Below, one piece after another: positions 18,375 to 26,238 of a stretch of DNA of 34,050 nt (within the stretch, counting starts at the first letter, position 1; every line of letters begins with the position of its first letter). Both the position numbers and the translations under genes were made by a program. Source of the DNA: an uncultured virus (IMG/VR IMGVR_UViG_3300037245_002282) (lineage: Duplodnaviria > Heunggongvirae > Uroviricota > Caudoviricetes); IMG/VR virus record IMGVR_UViG_3300037245_002282; one strand, written 5' to 3'. The notes beneath the pieces are model-generated. The model saw only the letters and a list, made by a program, of their open reading frames with translations. It searched no databases and was not told the origin of the DNA.

Positions 18375-18623
18375 TTAAAAAAATAATATAGGATAACGAT
18401 AATTCCTAGAATCCCCTTCCAAGCTATCAAAGAATAGTTTAAACTCTTTTCCCCAATCCTCCCGGTACTCCTCCGGTTTAAGAAGTTGTATATCTATTAT
18501 TTCAGATTTACAATTAAATACAGGACACCTGCAACACATATCTCCTTGAAACATAGCTTTTCCCGTAAACGGACAATTCACCGGGCAACTATCCGGTATT
18601 TCAATATTTCCTGTTATTATCAT
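18375..18623 (-). CDS. Cys-rich hypothetical protein
   Basis: CPVNCPF...CCRCPVFNC; GGGAG RBS. Confidence 0.6.
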   Translation of the reverse strand: MIITGNIEIPDSCPVNCPFTGKAMFQGDMCCRCPVFNCKSEIIDIQLLKPEEYREDWGKEFKLFFDSLEGDSRNYRYPILFF

Positions 18624-18625
18624 AA

Positions 18626-18850
18626 CTACTCCCGTCTCTTTAAATCAACATTTAAATTAGAATGACAGATACATCCATTATCATATAATTCTTTTGCAAA
18701 TCCAGTAGGTTCAACACACCTATCACGTAATCTCGCAAATCCAGTTTCTGCTGGAATCCAATGACTACATCCGGGACACCCGCCTATTTGACCTAACAAT
18801 TTATTCCTTTCTTCAACAGTCATATTAAACCATTCTTTTTTACGCATCAT
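18626..18850 (-). CDS. Cys-rich hypothetical protein
   Basis: CPGC...C...CIC; overlaps the upstream gene. Confidence 0.55.
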   Translation of the reverse strand: MMRKKEWFNMTVEERNKLLGQIGGCPGCSHWIPAETGFARLRDRCVEPTGFAKELYDNGCICHSNLNVDLKRRE

Positions 18851-19000
18851 ATCCCCACCTGCCGCGAGCTTTCCACGCAGCCATAAATGCTGATCGGTAT
18901 GCCCTTATATATGACGGTTTAACATTCTCTCTCCAATCCTTACCACTCCTTGAAACCATATACTTATTCCAAGCCTGCTGTCTGGTCATCTCAACTACTC

Positions 19001-19315
19001 CTATCGCCGGGAAGTAAACAACATATCCGGCTTCATCTTCTCCCACAGCTCCAACCCTGTCTGTAGCATCTCATCCTCGGTCACATACTTTAGAAATATC
19101 CATATCTTATAGCTTGGTCGTTTTTTAACACTTATAGCTTTCCAGTGATGATCGAACAGTTCTACCGGTTTCCATTTTACCTTTCCCGGTTCGCATAAAC
19201 ACACATCATACAGGTATACGGGTGATTGACTATTATCTCCCAGAGCCATAACGATCTCTACCTTGAGCTTTACTCTTGAACCGTCTTCCCGTTTAAATAT
19301 CTTTTCGTGTCGCAT
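19001..19315 (-). CDS. Hypothetical protein, paralog of 18045..18362
   Basis: See paralog; GGGAG RBS. Confidence 0.75.
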   Translation of the reverse strand: MRHEKIFKREDGSRVKLKVEIVMALGDNSQSPVYLYDVCLCEPGKVKWKPVELFDHHWKAISVKKRPSYKIWIFLKYVTEDEMLQTGLELWEKMKPDMLFTSRR

Positions 19316-19730
19316 TTAATCTCCCTCTCTTACCGGTCCGATTGAATACCTTAGATCTGGCAGAGGATCTGGCCTGTGCCTTGATGACATCCTGTCTATA
19401 TCCGCACTTGGGAGGAAAACCATCCACACATAATGCATTAAAAGACTTCCCGTATAGCGGGAAATCACTGCACACCTTCGGCCTGTGCCCATACCACGTA
19501 CATTTCTTCTTTTCCGCATCATAACAGTCACATCTGAAGAATGTAGCTGTGAACGGCTTCCACTGAGTCATCCATGGTGCTCTCTTCCTACCCTCTTCAT
19601 CTGAAATCACATACCAGTGTCTAAGAATAAACCACCGGTTATATCCAAATGTTTTTCGCCTGACATCATCTACAGTCTTACCCTGTAGATACAATCCGCT
19701 ACAGCACTGTCCACAATTCACACAAGGCAT
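19293..19730 (-). CDS. YkgJ-family (CxxCxxCC) zinc/iron-chelating protein
   Basis: CVNCGQCC...C...CTWYGHRPKVCSDFP. Confidence 0.85.
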   Translation of the reverse strand: MPCVNCGQCCSGLYLQGKTVDDVRRKTFGYNRWFILRHWYVISDEEGRKRAPWMTQWKPFTATFFRCDCYDAEKKKCTWYGHRPKVCSDFPLYGKSFNALCVDGFPPKCGYRQDVIKAQARSSARSKVFNRTGKRGRLNATRKDI

Positions 19731-20434
19731 TATTCGCGCCTTTTCCAGTTATCAGTTGTCTTAACCTCTGGAAATGAATTATAAATACTGCGACTACACG
19801 TAGTACAGGGTTTCTTTGTTGCCGGGAATCTTACATAATCACAATTTTCACAACATTCCATATCGTTTATACAGCTAATAGCCTCAGTTAATGCATTTTC
19901 AGTGTCTAATATCTGTTGTTCTAGTTCTTCGATACTGGATTGTGATTGATCAAATCTTTCCTGTAAATCTTTCATAAGTTCTTCAATCTTCCAAAAGTCT
20001 TTATTAACTTCTTCACTGTCTTTTTTCAACTCTTCAATCTCTGCCTGTGTTTTTTGTTGGGCTGTTATGTAGATTCCATAAAAATTATCAATAATATCAT
20101 TATCTTCATTAGCTAGATTAAAATCATTTTCTGTCATTGTTCCACACGACCACGCAACCCATACACGATTACAAGTATATAAACCGGTTAAACATTTTTC
20201 TATTTCAGATCTTATCTCATCATCGGTAGATTCGATTTGCTTTACTCCTGTCCATTTACCATCTTTCAGAATCGCTTCTGAAAAGTCTTGCCCATTGATA
20301 TTTTTTATAGCTATAGATTGCTGTTCTGAATCTTTTATTCCTTTACAGGTCTTCTGAGCCATACATTCACCAGTAGGACTATCCAAATACGGACAATCAT
20401 AAGCCTTCAAGGATGTTCCATCACATTTCTTCAT
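19730..20434 (-). CDS. Hypothetical coiled-coil protein with Cys clusters at both ends
   Basis: GAGG RBS; central coiled-coil-like segment; CENC..CTTC. Confidence 0.65.
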   Translation of the reverse strand: MKKCDGTSLKAYDCPYLDSPTGECMAQKTCKGIKDSEQQSIAIKNINGQDFSEAILKDGKWTGVKQIESTDDEIRSEIEKCLTGLYTCNRVWVAWSCGTMTENDFNLANEDNDIIDNFYGIYITAQQKTQAEIEELKKDSEEVNKDFWKIEELMKDLQERFDQSQSSIEELEQQILDTENALTEAISCINDMECCENCDYVRFPATKKPCTTCSRSIYNSFPEVKTTDNWKRRE

Positions 20435-20446
20435 CCTCTACCCCCC

Positions 20447-20530
20447 TCACAGCATTACGGCAATCAAAATACTGAAAATCAGCAATATACAAAAATTAAG
20501 ATACACCCATGGTTTCATGTGATCTTTCAT
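20447..20530 (-). CDS. 27-aa single-helix membrane peptide
   Basis: MKDHMKPWVYLNFCILLIFSILIAVML; ATGA overlap with the upstream stop; fills the gap. Confidence 0.45.
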   Translation of the reverse strand: MKDHMKPWVYLNFCILLIFSILIAVML

Positions 20531-20937
20531 TCCGTAATCCATAACAAACCATTTAATACGTTATGTATTGTAGATTTTGATACATTATACTCTTTTGCAA
20601 GAAGACAGCGCGATACGCCGTCTGCGGATTTCATACGGATTTCTTCTGCCAGATCCATATTTAATTTACACCACCCTGATTTTTGATTAAGCTCTAATCT
20701 GTCTACCCACTTACTGTTTTCCGGGGTATAATTTTTAGACTTGTCAATTCTCATAAGATGCGGTTTACCGGTAGGTCGAAGTCCCATGTCGGCATAAAAG
20801 TTATTAAAGTCATATCTCCATCTGCCGCACACTATGATACCTTTACCGCCTGTCCATTGGTATCCGCTGCTGAATGCATTGTGACAACGCTGTATCATAT
20901 CCTGCCATGAATTATATTCTGGTTTTCTATCTGCCAT
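20527..20937 (-). CDS. HNH-related phage protein with C-terminal HTH (active site looks degenerate)
   Basis: WQDMIQRC, GIIVCGRW, FYADMGLRP, LMRIDKSKNYTPENSKW and LAKEYNVSKSTIHNV. Confidence 0.75.
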   Translation of the reverse strand: MADRKPEYNSWQDMIQRCHNAFSSGYQWTGGKGIIVCGRWRYDFNNFYADMGLRPTGKPHLMRIDKSKNYTPENSKWVDRLELNQKSGWCKLNMDLAEEIRMKSADGVSRCLLAKEYNVSKSTIHNVLNGLLWITE

Positions 20938-21304
20938 TGATTACTTCTGTATCATTTCTGTTCTCTAATAGTTCCAGCTTCTTTTCAAGCTCTGCAATCT
21001 TTTGAAACAACACACCCATATTCCATCTTCTCCATATTGAATGCGCACTTTCTTTTAAAAACCCTGTCATTTCAACATAGCAATGTGAACATTTTAATAC
21101 TGGATATCTTTCACACGGTGATTTAGTCAAGTTCATATAATTTCCACATATTGGACAGCTTTTATATCCGACAAAATATTTTGATTTAGTACAAGCCTTG
21201 CAGATTATTGAAGATTCATCTTTTTCGGTGCATTCTTCTGTACCGTAATATTTACAATTTCTATCTATTATTGATATTGTCGCTATTGGCTTTCTATCTT
21301 TCAT
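20927..21304 (-). CDS. Zn-finger hypothetical protein
   Basis: CPIC...CSHC...WN, Lar-like arrangement. Confidence 0.6.
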   Translation of the reverse strand: MKDRKPIATISIIDRNCKYYGTEECTEKDESSIICKACTKSKYFVGYKSCPICGNYMNLTKSPCERYPVLKCSHCYVEMTGFLKESAHSIWRRWNMGVLFQKIAELEKKLELLENRNDTEVINGR

Positions 21305-21835
21305 TCAATACCTCGCATATAAGTCATCACAATACTCTTTAAACGAAGATTCACATTTTTCAATAGTCTCAAAAGGTCCATTTAGCCGTTCAGTCTCATC
21401 CCCGAAGTACCACCCTTTTAAATACGTCTGCGTATCTACCATATTCAAATAAATATGAACATGCTTCACACCAGCATTATCTACATACTCATTCATCACG
21501 CACTCGCTTACTGATTCTACGTCTTTTTTTACTTTAGCGAACTTCAACTCAGATATACGGGCATTGATACTCATCGACATACTCTCAGGTGTTCCATCTG
21601 TAGCCCATCCCGGACACACTGTTATAAACACATCCAATAATGCCTGTGAATACTCTGTTTGAGATTTCCGTATACTTAGGATCTCTTTAACCGTAGCCAC
21701 CAACAGTTTAATATCATCAGCATCGTGTGGAGAATCTAATGAACTAATTGAAAGTGAAGCGCTCTTTAATTTGAAACTACCTTTCGCCACATCTATTTCT
21801 ACCTTAAATATTCCTGATTTACTATATATCGTCAT
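21305..21835 (-). CDS. Hypothetical protein with C-terminal GWYFxDET domain
   Basis: The C-terminal ~55 aa align with 14200..14676. Confidence 0.7.
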   Translation of the reverse strand: MTIYSKSGIFKVEIDVAKGSFKLKSASLSISSLDSPHDADDIKLLVATVKEILSIRKSQTEYSQALLDVFITVCPGWATDGTPESMSMSINARISELKFAKVKKDVESVSECVMNEYVDNAGVKHVHIYLNMVDTQTYLKGWYFGDETERLNGPFETIEKCESSFKEYCDDLYARY

Positions 21836-21840
21836 AACTT

Positions 21841-22032
21841 CTAATTTCCTTTTCTAATAAATAAAAACCAAACAGCATAACCAAATGTAAACGGCCATAT
21901 TATTGACAAAATTGAAATAGTGGAAATATACCCGAATCTGCTTAATTTCTTTTTAGCAGCTTTCTGCCACCACTGATAAAACTTGGCAAGAATTATAGAG
22001 AAAACCAAAACACCGATTAAATAGATATTCAT
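21841..22032 (-). CDS. Small two-helix membrane protein
   Basis: Two hydrophobic segments with a WP motif; ATGA overlap. Confidence 0.6.
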   Translation of the reverse strand: MNIYLIGVLVFSIILAKFYQWWQKAAKKKLSRFGYISTISILSIIWPFTFGYAVWFLFIRKGN

Positions 22033-22343
22033 GACTTCCCCTCTCTGGATTCGCTTAGTGCTGAATTAAATGCTACACGTTGTTCATCAGTGAAATGCGG
22101 GAGATAAAACTTGATAGGCCCCTCCTGAGCATTTTTAACACCGGGAAGATTGATATATCGTTTATGCGGTTTATAAGTAGCCCCTATGATACCCGCACCG
22201 AAATCTTTAACCGCCTGAATTGCTTCATCAGGATGTATACTTCCGCAATGTGTACACCGATGATAATCACCTGCCTTTTCCCAATGTGCCTTTCCATATT
22301 GAGTTCTTCCATCCATCATAGGACAATTAAAATCTTCTTCCAT
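22029..22343 (-). CDS. Hypothetical protein
   Basis: CTHCGSIHP...IKFYLPHF. Confidence 0.65.
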   Translation of the reverse strand: MEEDFNCPMMDGRTQYGKAHWEKAGDYHRCTHCGSIHPDEAIQAVKDFGAGIIGATYKPHKRYINLPGVKNAQEGPIKFYLPHFTDEQRVAFNSALSESREGKS

Positions 22344-22344
22344 A

Positions 22345-22572
22345 TCATTTCCCTTTCAATATTCCTTTTTCAGATAAACAAGAATGCACTGCGAACCAGC
22401 TCCTTGATCCTTTTTGCAGATTAGTCGCACCTCGCATTGGGTCACCGGTATTCACTACCTTTAATAACTCTGAACGATCTTCAAAGTCAATTACAGTAGC
22501 TTCATATTGCGTAGCTGTACTTCCATCTTTCCCACGTAAAATATAAAAAGTTACTTTTCCAAGATCAAACAT
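22345..22572 (-). CDS. Hypothetical protein
   Basis: Likely start MFDLGK after GAAGGT. Confidence 0.55.
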   Translation of the reverse strand: MFDLGKVTFYILRGKDGSTATQYEATVIDFEDRSELLKVVNTGDPMRGATNLQKGSRSWFAVHSCLSEKGILKGK

Positions 22573-22909
22573 AAGTAACCTTCGGTAAAACCACACATTG
22601 ACTACCCTGAACAGATACATTACTTACATATAGCCCATCTTTCAAAAGCGCTATCTGATCTTCAACAGTAATCAATCTACCACTTCTACTCACTGACAGT
22701 ATTCTCAAAAGTATCGGTCGATTAACTTGAGGTAATTTAGGTATCAGATACAAACCCTGTATGTCATCTTGTGAAGGAAAAAAGCCTTTCGATGTACTAA
22801 GTATAGTGGCTTCGAATACCCATCTAGCAGGGTATTCAGTTCGAGTTCGTTCTTTAAGGACCCATAACTCTTTATCAGTCGTAAACCATAAGCCTGTAAC
22901 TGTCATCAT
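22565..22909 (-). CDS. Divergent GLW-family paralog
   Basis: MTVTGLWFTTDKELWVL...LIPKLPQVNRPILL. Confidence 0.6.
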   Translation of the reverse strand: MMTVTGLWFTTDKELWVLKERTRTEYPARWVFEATILSTSKGFFPSQDDIQGLYLIPKLPQVNRPILLRILSVSRSGRLITVEDQIALLKDGLYVSNVSVQGSQCVVLPKVTYV

Positions 22910-23283
22910 CCACTGCACCCCATAACCTCGGTTCGAACAAGTCTTCCCCGAATAACTACACTTCGACTTCCCCCGAATTTACTCCGACCGAACTTGACCT
23001 GTACATATCTAATATATGTATCCCTATTAGGTAAATGCATTTTCAGGATTTTAGGGAACGATCCCACGTCATTCGATCCTAAGATCCTTTCAAACTTCAC
23101 AAGGTCACCAAATAAACTAACCATGTTATCAACACCGTTATAGTATTCCCCGGTAACTGCCCGACGAACCCTGATCAGTACGCGGTCACTGTCATCCGAA
23201 GATTTCCAAAGTCCGAGTAACTGGTCAACATCTCGCAGGTTATTTTCCTGACGTTCCCGCACCGCTCTTCGCCTTAAGCTCAT
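22906..23283 (-). CDS. Divergent GLW-family paralog
   Basis: LLGLWKSSDDSDRVLIRVR...ILG...MHLPNRD. Confidence 0.6.
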   Translation of the reverse strand: MSLRRRAVRERQENNLRDVDQLLGLWKSSDDSDRVLIRVRRAVTGEYYNGVDNMVSLFGDLVKFERILGSNDVGSFPKILKMHLPNRDTYIRYVQVKFGRSKFGGSRSVVIRGRLVRTEVMGCSG

Positions 23284-23405
23284 TATATTCCCTTCCTCTC
23301 TGTCTAGCTCTAACCCTCTGGCTTCTCCACAACTTCACTTTTTCAGGGTAACTTATTTGAGAACCATAACGACCCTTCATTTCGGTGTATATTCCCTGCT
23401 TCCCT

Positions 23406-23882
23406 TTACTCGCTTGAGTTCCCATCAATTATCTCCTTTGAATTAGTTATCGGTAAAATCCTCCCGATTGCGTTTTTAAGAGATTCCGTATCACTAGCAT
23501 CCTGACCTTCGGTTCTACCTTCCAACTCTATACCATTTACACGTACAGTAGTTCCACTTACATAAAAACCGTTAACCAGTTGAATTAACGTAGATCTGAT
23601 ATCCTCTGAAGTTGTGCCTTTCCCGTAGGTTTTCTCAATCTTATCACTGGCATCAATCACGAATACATCACCATCTTTCTTTATGAATCCGTCTTTATAC
23701 AGTTTGGATACAAGAGTCTGCAACAAAATCGCTTTCGAAGCGCTATTGATCTTTCGTTGACGTATCGGCTTCTCGTCCGGTCCATATAGTTTCCTTTGAA
23801 TCTTATGTCCATTCTCAGCCTGAAGCTGTCTACGATGAATCGCATCAAGTTCAGCTTTAGATATTCTATTACCCAATTTCAT
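23406..23882 (-). CDS. Hypothetical protein
   Basis: ~158 aa, GGGGGA RBS. Confidence 0.65.
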   Translation of the reverse strand: MKLGNRISKAELDAIHRRQLQAENGHKIQRKLYGPDEKPIRQRKINSASKAILLQTLVSKLYKDGFIKKDGDVFVIDASDKIEKTYGKGTTSEDIRSTLIQLVNGFYVSGTTVRVNGIELEGRTEGQDASDTESLKNAIGRILPITNSKEIIDGNSSE

Positions 23883-23911
23883 CTTCAATCCCCCTGATCA
23901 TATTTTCAAGA

Positions 23912-24235
23912 TCATCTACCTATCCGTTTCAACCCGGTCTTAAATGGGTTACCCTCAACAGGCATGGTAGGAGCCTCCGCGTGAATCACTTCCATACGCT
24001 CAGGATTCACACCATCTTCAATCAACAGCAGTCCGCGAAACTTATTCACAGTAATCTCTTTAGTCAATTTCTGACCCATCACTTTCTGACAGGCATCGCT
24101 CAAATGTCTTCGAGCTACAGTACCTATTATAATACCTGTAGACGTGTGACCTATAGCGGTTATCTCATCGAGTTTCGTATCCAGATATGCAATCAGATCC
24201 ATACCATCAGTTATAATTCTTCCTTCTAACAGCAT
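23912..24235 (-). CDS. Hypothetical protein
   Basis: 107 aa, poly-G RBS, first gene after a sigma28-like motif. Confidence 0.7.
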   Translation of the reverse strand: MLLEGRIITDGMDLIAYLDTKLDEITAIGHTSTGIIIGTVARRHLSDACQKVMGQKLTKEITVNKFRGLLLIEDGVNPERMEVIHAEAPTMPVEGNPFKTGLKRIGR

Positions 24236-24258
24236 TACTGCCCCCCCTGTTCTTCACC

Positions 24259-24293
24259 TATAAATAATCGGGATATTCATAAAAACCTTACAG
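24259..24293 (-). promoter_or_regulatory. Sigma28-like promoter motif, copy 4
   Basis: Minus strand CTGTAAGGTTTTTATGAATATCC-CGATTATTTATA. Confidence 0.7.
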
Positions 24294-24305
24294 ACATAAA
24301 AGATC

Positions 24306-24445
24306 AAAGAGGGAGGAACACCATACGTTACCATATGGCATTTCCCGCAAAACCAAATCGCCAGTCGATCGTTCGCTACCCAATGTTCTGCTCTTTTCAT
24401 TACACCAAATAGGGGTTCTGCGGTCCGGCACTCCCGCCCTGACCA
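24306..24445 (-). ncRNA. Candidate structured RNA element
   Basis: Outer stem AAAGAG..GAACA/TGTTC..CTCTTT; hairpin CCATATG-GTAA-CGTATGG (GNRA loop); GGTC..GACC hairpin upstream. Confidence 0.4.
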
Positions 24446-24462
24446 AAATATTAAAATCTAAA

Positions 24463-24546
24463 ATGTAGAGAATGAACGATTCTTAAGGAGGTTTGCCTGT
24501 TGAACCGCAATGCGAATCAAATATCAGAACCGCCCATTCCCTACAT
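24463..24546 (-). ncRNA. Candidate small RNA with anti-Shine-Dalgarno loop
   Basis: 21-bp uninterrupted stem with 4 G-U pairs on the minus strand; starts a few nt after promoter copy 5; unpaired GCAAACCTCCTT. Confidence 0.6.
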
Positions 24547-24549
24547 ACC

Positions 24550-24582
24550 TTAATAATCGTAGTATACACCGAAACCTTACAA
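24550..24582 (-). promoter_or_regulatory. Sigma28-like promoter motif, copy 5
   Basis: Minus strand TTGTAAGGTTTCGGTGTATACTA-CGATTATTAA; no ORF follows. Confidence 0.7.
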
Positions 24583-25107
24583 ATTAAGTACCTCATCAAA
24601 CGGATAAATGTATTCTATAGCTATATTCACAGGCTCGGTTAAATTACGCTGTGCTTCATATACTTTTCCATTTCTATAAATCATAGCGTGATTAACACTT
24701 CCACCGCCTACAGAAGATCTCGAATAATCATGAAACGGACAAACGTGACCCGTAATACTTCTGACATCTAACGTATTCACTAAAACTAAATCAAACTTGA
24801 TCCCAAACACAACATAGGCAATATTCATAGCTAGAATTACTATATCATCACAGTCACCATAACCACGTTCAACAGTGGTTCTAGGACTGGACCAAACATC
24901 AATTACTTCAACAGCATATCTCACAAATGTCCATATCCAAGGAACCACATAATCCAATGCTTTAACTGTATCGAAATTACCATAATACAAATTATGATTG
25001 CTTGCATATTCGGAATATACAATGTCTTTCCAATCACCATCCCATAATAGACCCTTACAGCCTAAGAAACCCCAAATTGCTATAAAAATTATCAATAACT
25101 TTTTCAT
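24577..25107 (-). CDS. Lipoprotein with transglutaminase-like cysteine peptidase domain
   Basis: MKKLLIIFIAIWGFLGC lipobox; WSSPRTTVERGYGDCDD and NHAMI. Confidence 0.78.
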   Translation of the reverse strand: MKKLLIIFIAIWGFLGCKGLLWDGDWKDIVYSEYASNHNLYYGNFDTVKALDYVVPWIWTFVRYAVEVIDVWSSPRTTVERGYGDCDDIVILAMNIAYVVFGIKFDLVLVNTLDVRSITGHVCPFHDYSRSSVGGGSVNHAMIYRNGKVYEAQRNLTEPVNIAIEYIYPFDEVLNL

Positions 25108-25117
25108 AGATCCCCCT

Positions 25118-25408
25118 TTATGAGCGCGGACTATAGTCATCATTATACATCGGTCCAAGTTCCAGCTCATCCCGATCCTCTGCTTTCTCTACAGCTTCAC
25201 GTACTGCACGCTCTCCATAATTTCTTAAACTCCTGATATCTTTCAGATTGTCCAGTGTAAACATCCACGGAGTCCCCGGACCACCCGGCTGGAAACCACA
25301 ACCATATTTCAAAGCATAATGCTTCAAAGTATCCTGCTTAACTCCCAACACTCGGGCACCGGACTTCGTAGTGTAAATCTTCACAGGACCTTCATTTGTG
25401 TTTTCCAT
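25118..25408 (-). CDS. MerR/excisionase-like HTH DNA-binding protein
   Basis: IYTTKSGARVLGVKQDTLKHYA...WMFTLDNL. Confidence 0.7.
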   Translation of the reverse strand: MENTNEGPVKIYTTKSGARVLGVKQDTLKHYALKYGCGFQPGGPGTPWMFTLDNLKDIRSLRNYGERAVREAVEKAEDRDELELGPMYNDDYSPRS

Positions 25409-25422
25409 AACCGCTCTCCCTT

Positions 25423-25800
25423 TTAGGTTGTTTCACTTTCTGTTAACTCCCTTAAATAAGCATCAGTAGCCTCGCTAATACACGCCCCCGTATCAGAACT
25501 TACAGCGGGATAATCATTTTCTATCGTTTCTTTTAATTCGTATCCATGATCATCATAATTTTCGAATCTCTCACCAAACTCCGATTCTACAGCCCCCCAG
25601 ACCTCCTGCAATAAATCTTCATTTTCATCATTATCAAAATCAGTTTTTGAATCAATTTTCACTATCCAGAATAAAGGGCGATCATTCATTGTTTCAAATA
25701 TAGCTATTTTCCCGCCGTCACCGAAAACTTTACTTAATAAGACCGGTGTAAATGTATATTCTGAATCCCATTGTTTTAGTGTTATCTCTCTTATATTCAT
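25423..25800 (-). CDS. Acidic hypothetical protein
   Basis: GGGGGT RBS before MNIREI. Confidence 0.65.
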   Translation of the reverse strand: MNIREITLKQWDSEYTFTPVLLSKVFGDGGKIAIFETMNDRPLFWIVKIDSKTDFDNDENEDLLQEVWGAVESEFGERFENYDDHGYELKETIENDYPAVSSDTGACISEATDAYLRELTESETT

Positions 25801-25884
25801 ATAAACCCCCATCAGACTAATCGTCCGCGTTACACTTCAAATGATCACTCGGGAAATCATTTGAAGTGTCCCATAGATAATTAC

Positions 25885-26238
25885 TCACCCCCCTTTCAAC
25901 CCCATCTGAAACTTCTTCAGACTTTTCTCAAGAATATCAGCAATCATAGTCCGCAGCATTTCATCAGCATATTCCTGCGCATCAGATATCTTGTCAAATA
26001 TCCAAGCAGTTTTCATCTTTTCACAGTTGTCATGGTCACACTTACACATAACTTTTGCTGCAAACCATCCATCTTTTTCTTCTGTAGTAGTCATATATGA
26101 ATCGCGAACCCTCTGTGCTACAGCAGCTTCCAACGATAACCCCGAACCTACACCAAATATAACATCCAGCGGATTACTATCTTCACTAGTTAACGACTTA
26201 AACAATTCCTCAATTCGATGTTTATCTGCATCATCCAT
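25885..26238 (-). CDS. Hypothetical protein
   Basis: 117 aa, overlaps the upstream stop. Confidence 0.6.
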   Translation of the reverse strand: MDDADKHRIEELFKSLTSEDSNPLDVIFGVGSGLSLEAAVAQRVRDSYMTTTEEKDGWFAAKVMCKCDHDNCEKMKTAWIFDKISDAQEYADEMLRTMIADILEKSLKKFQMGLKGG

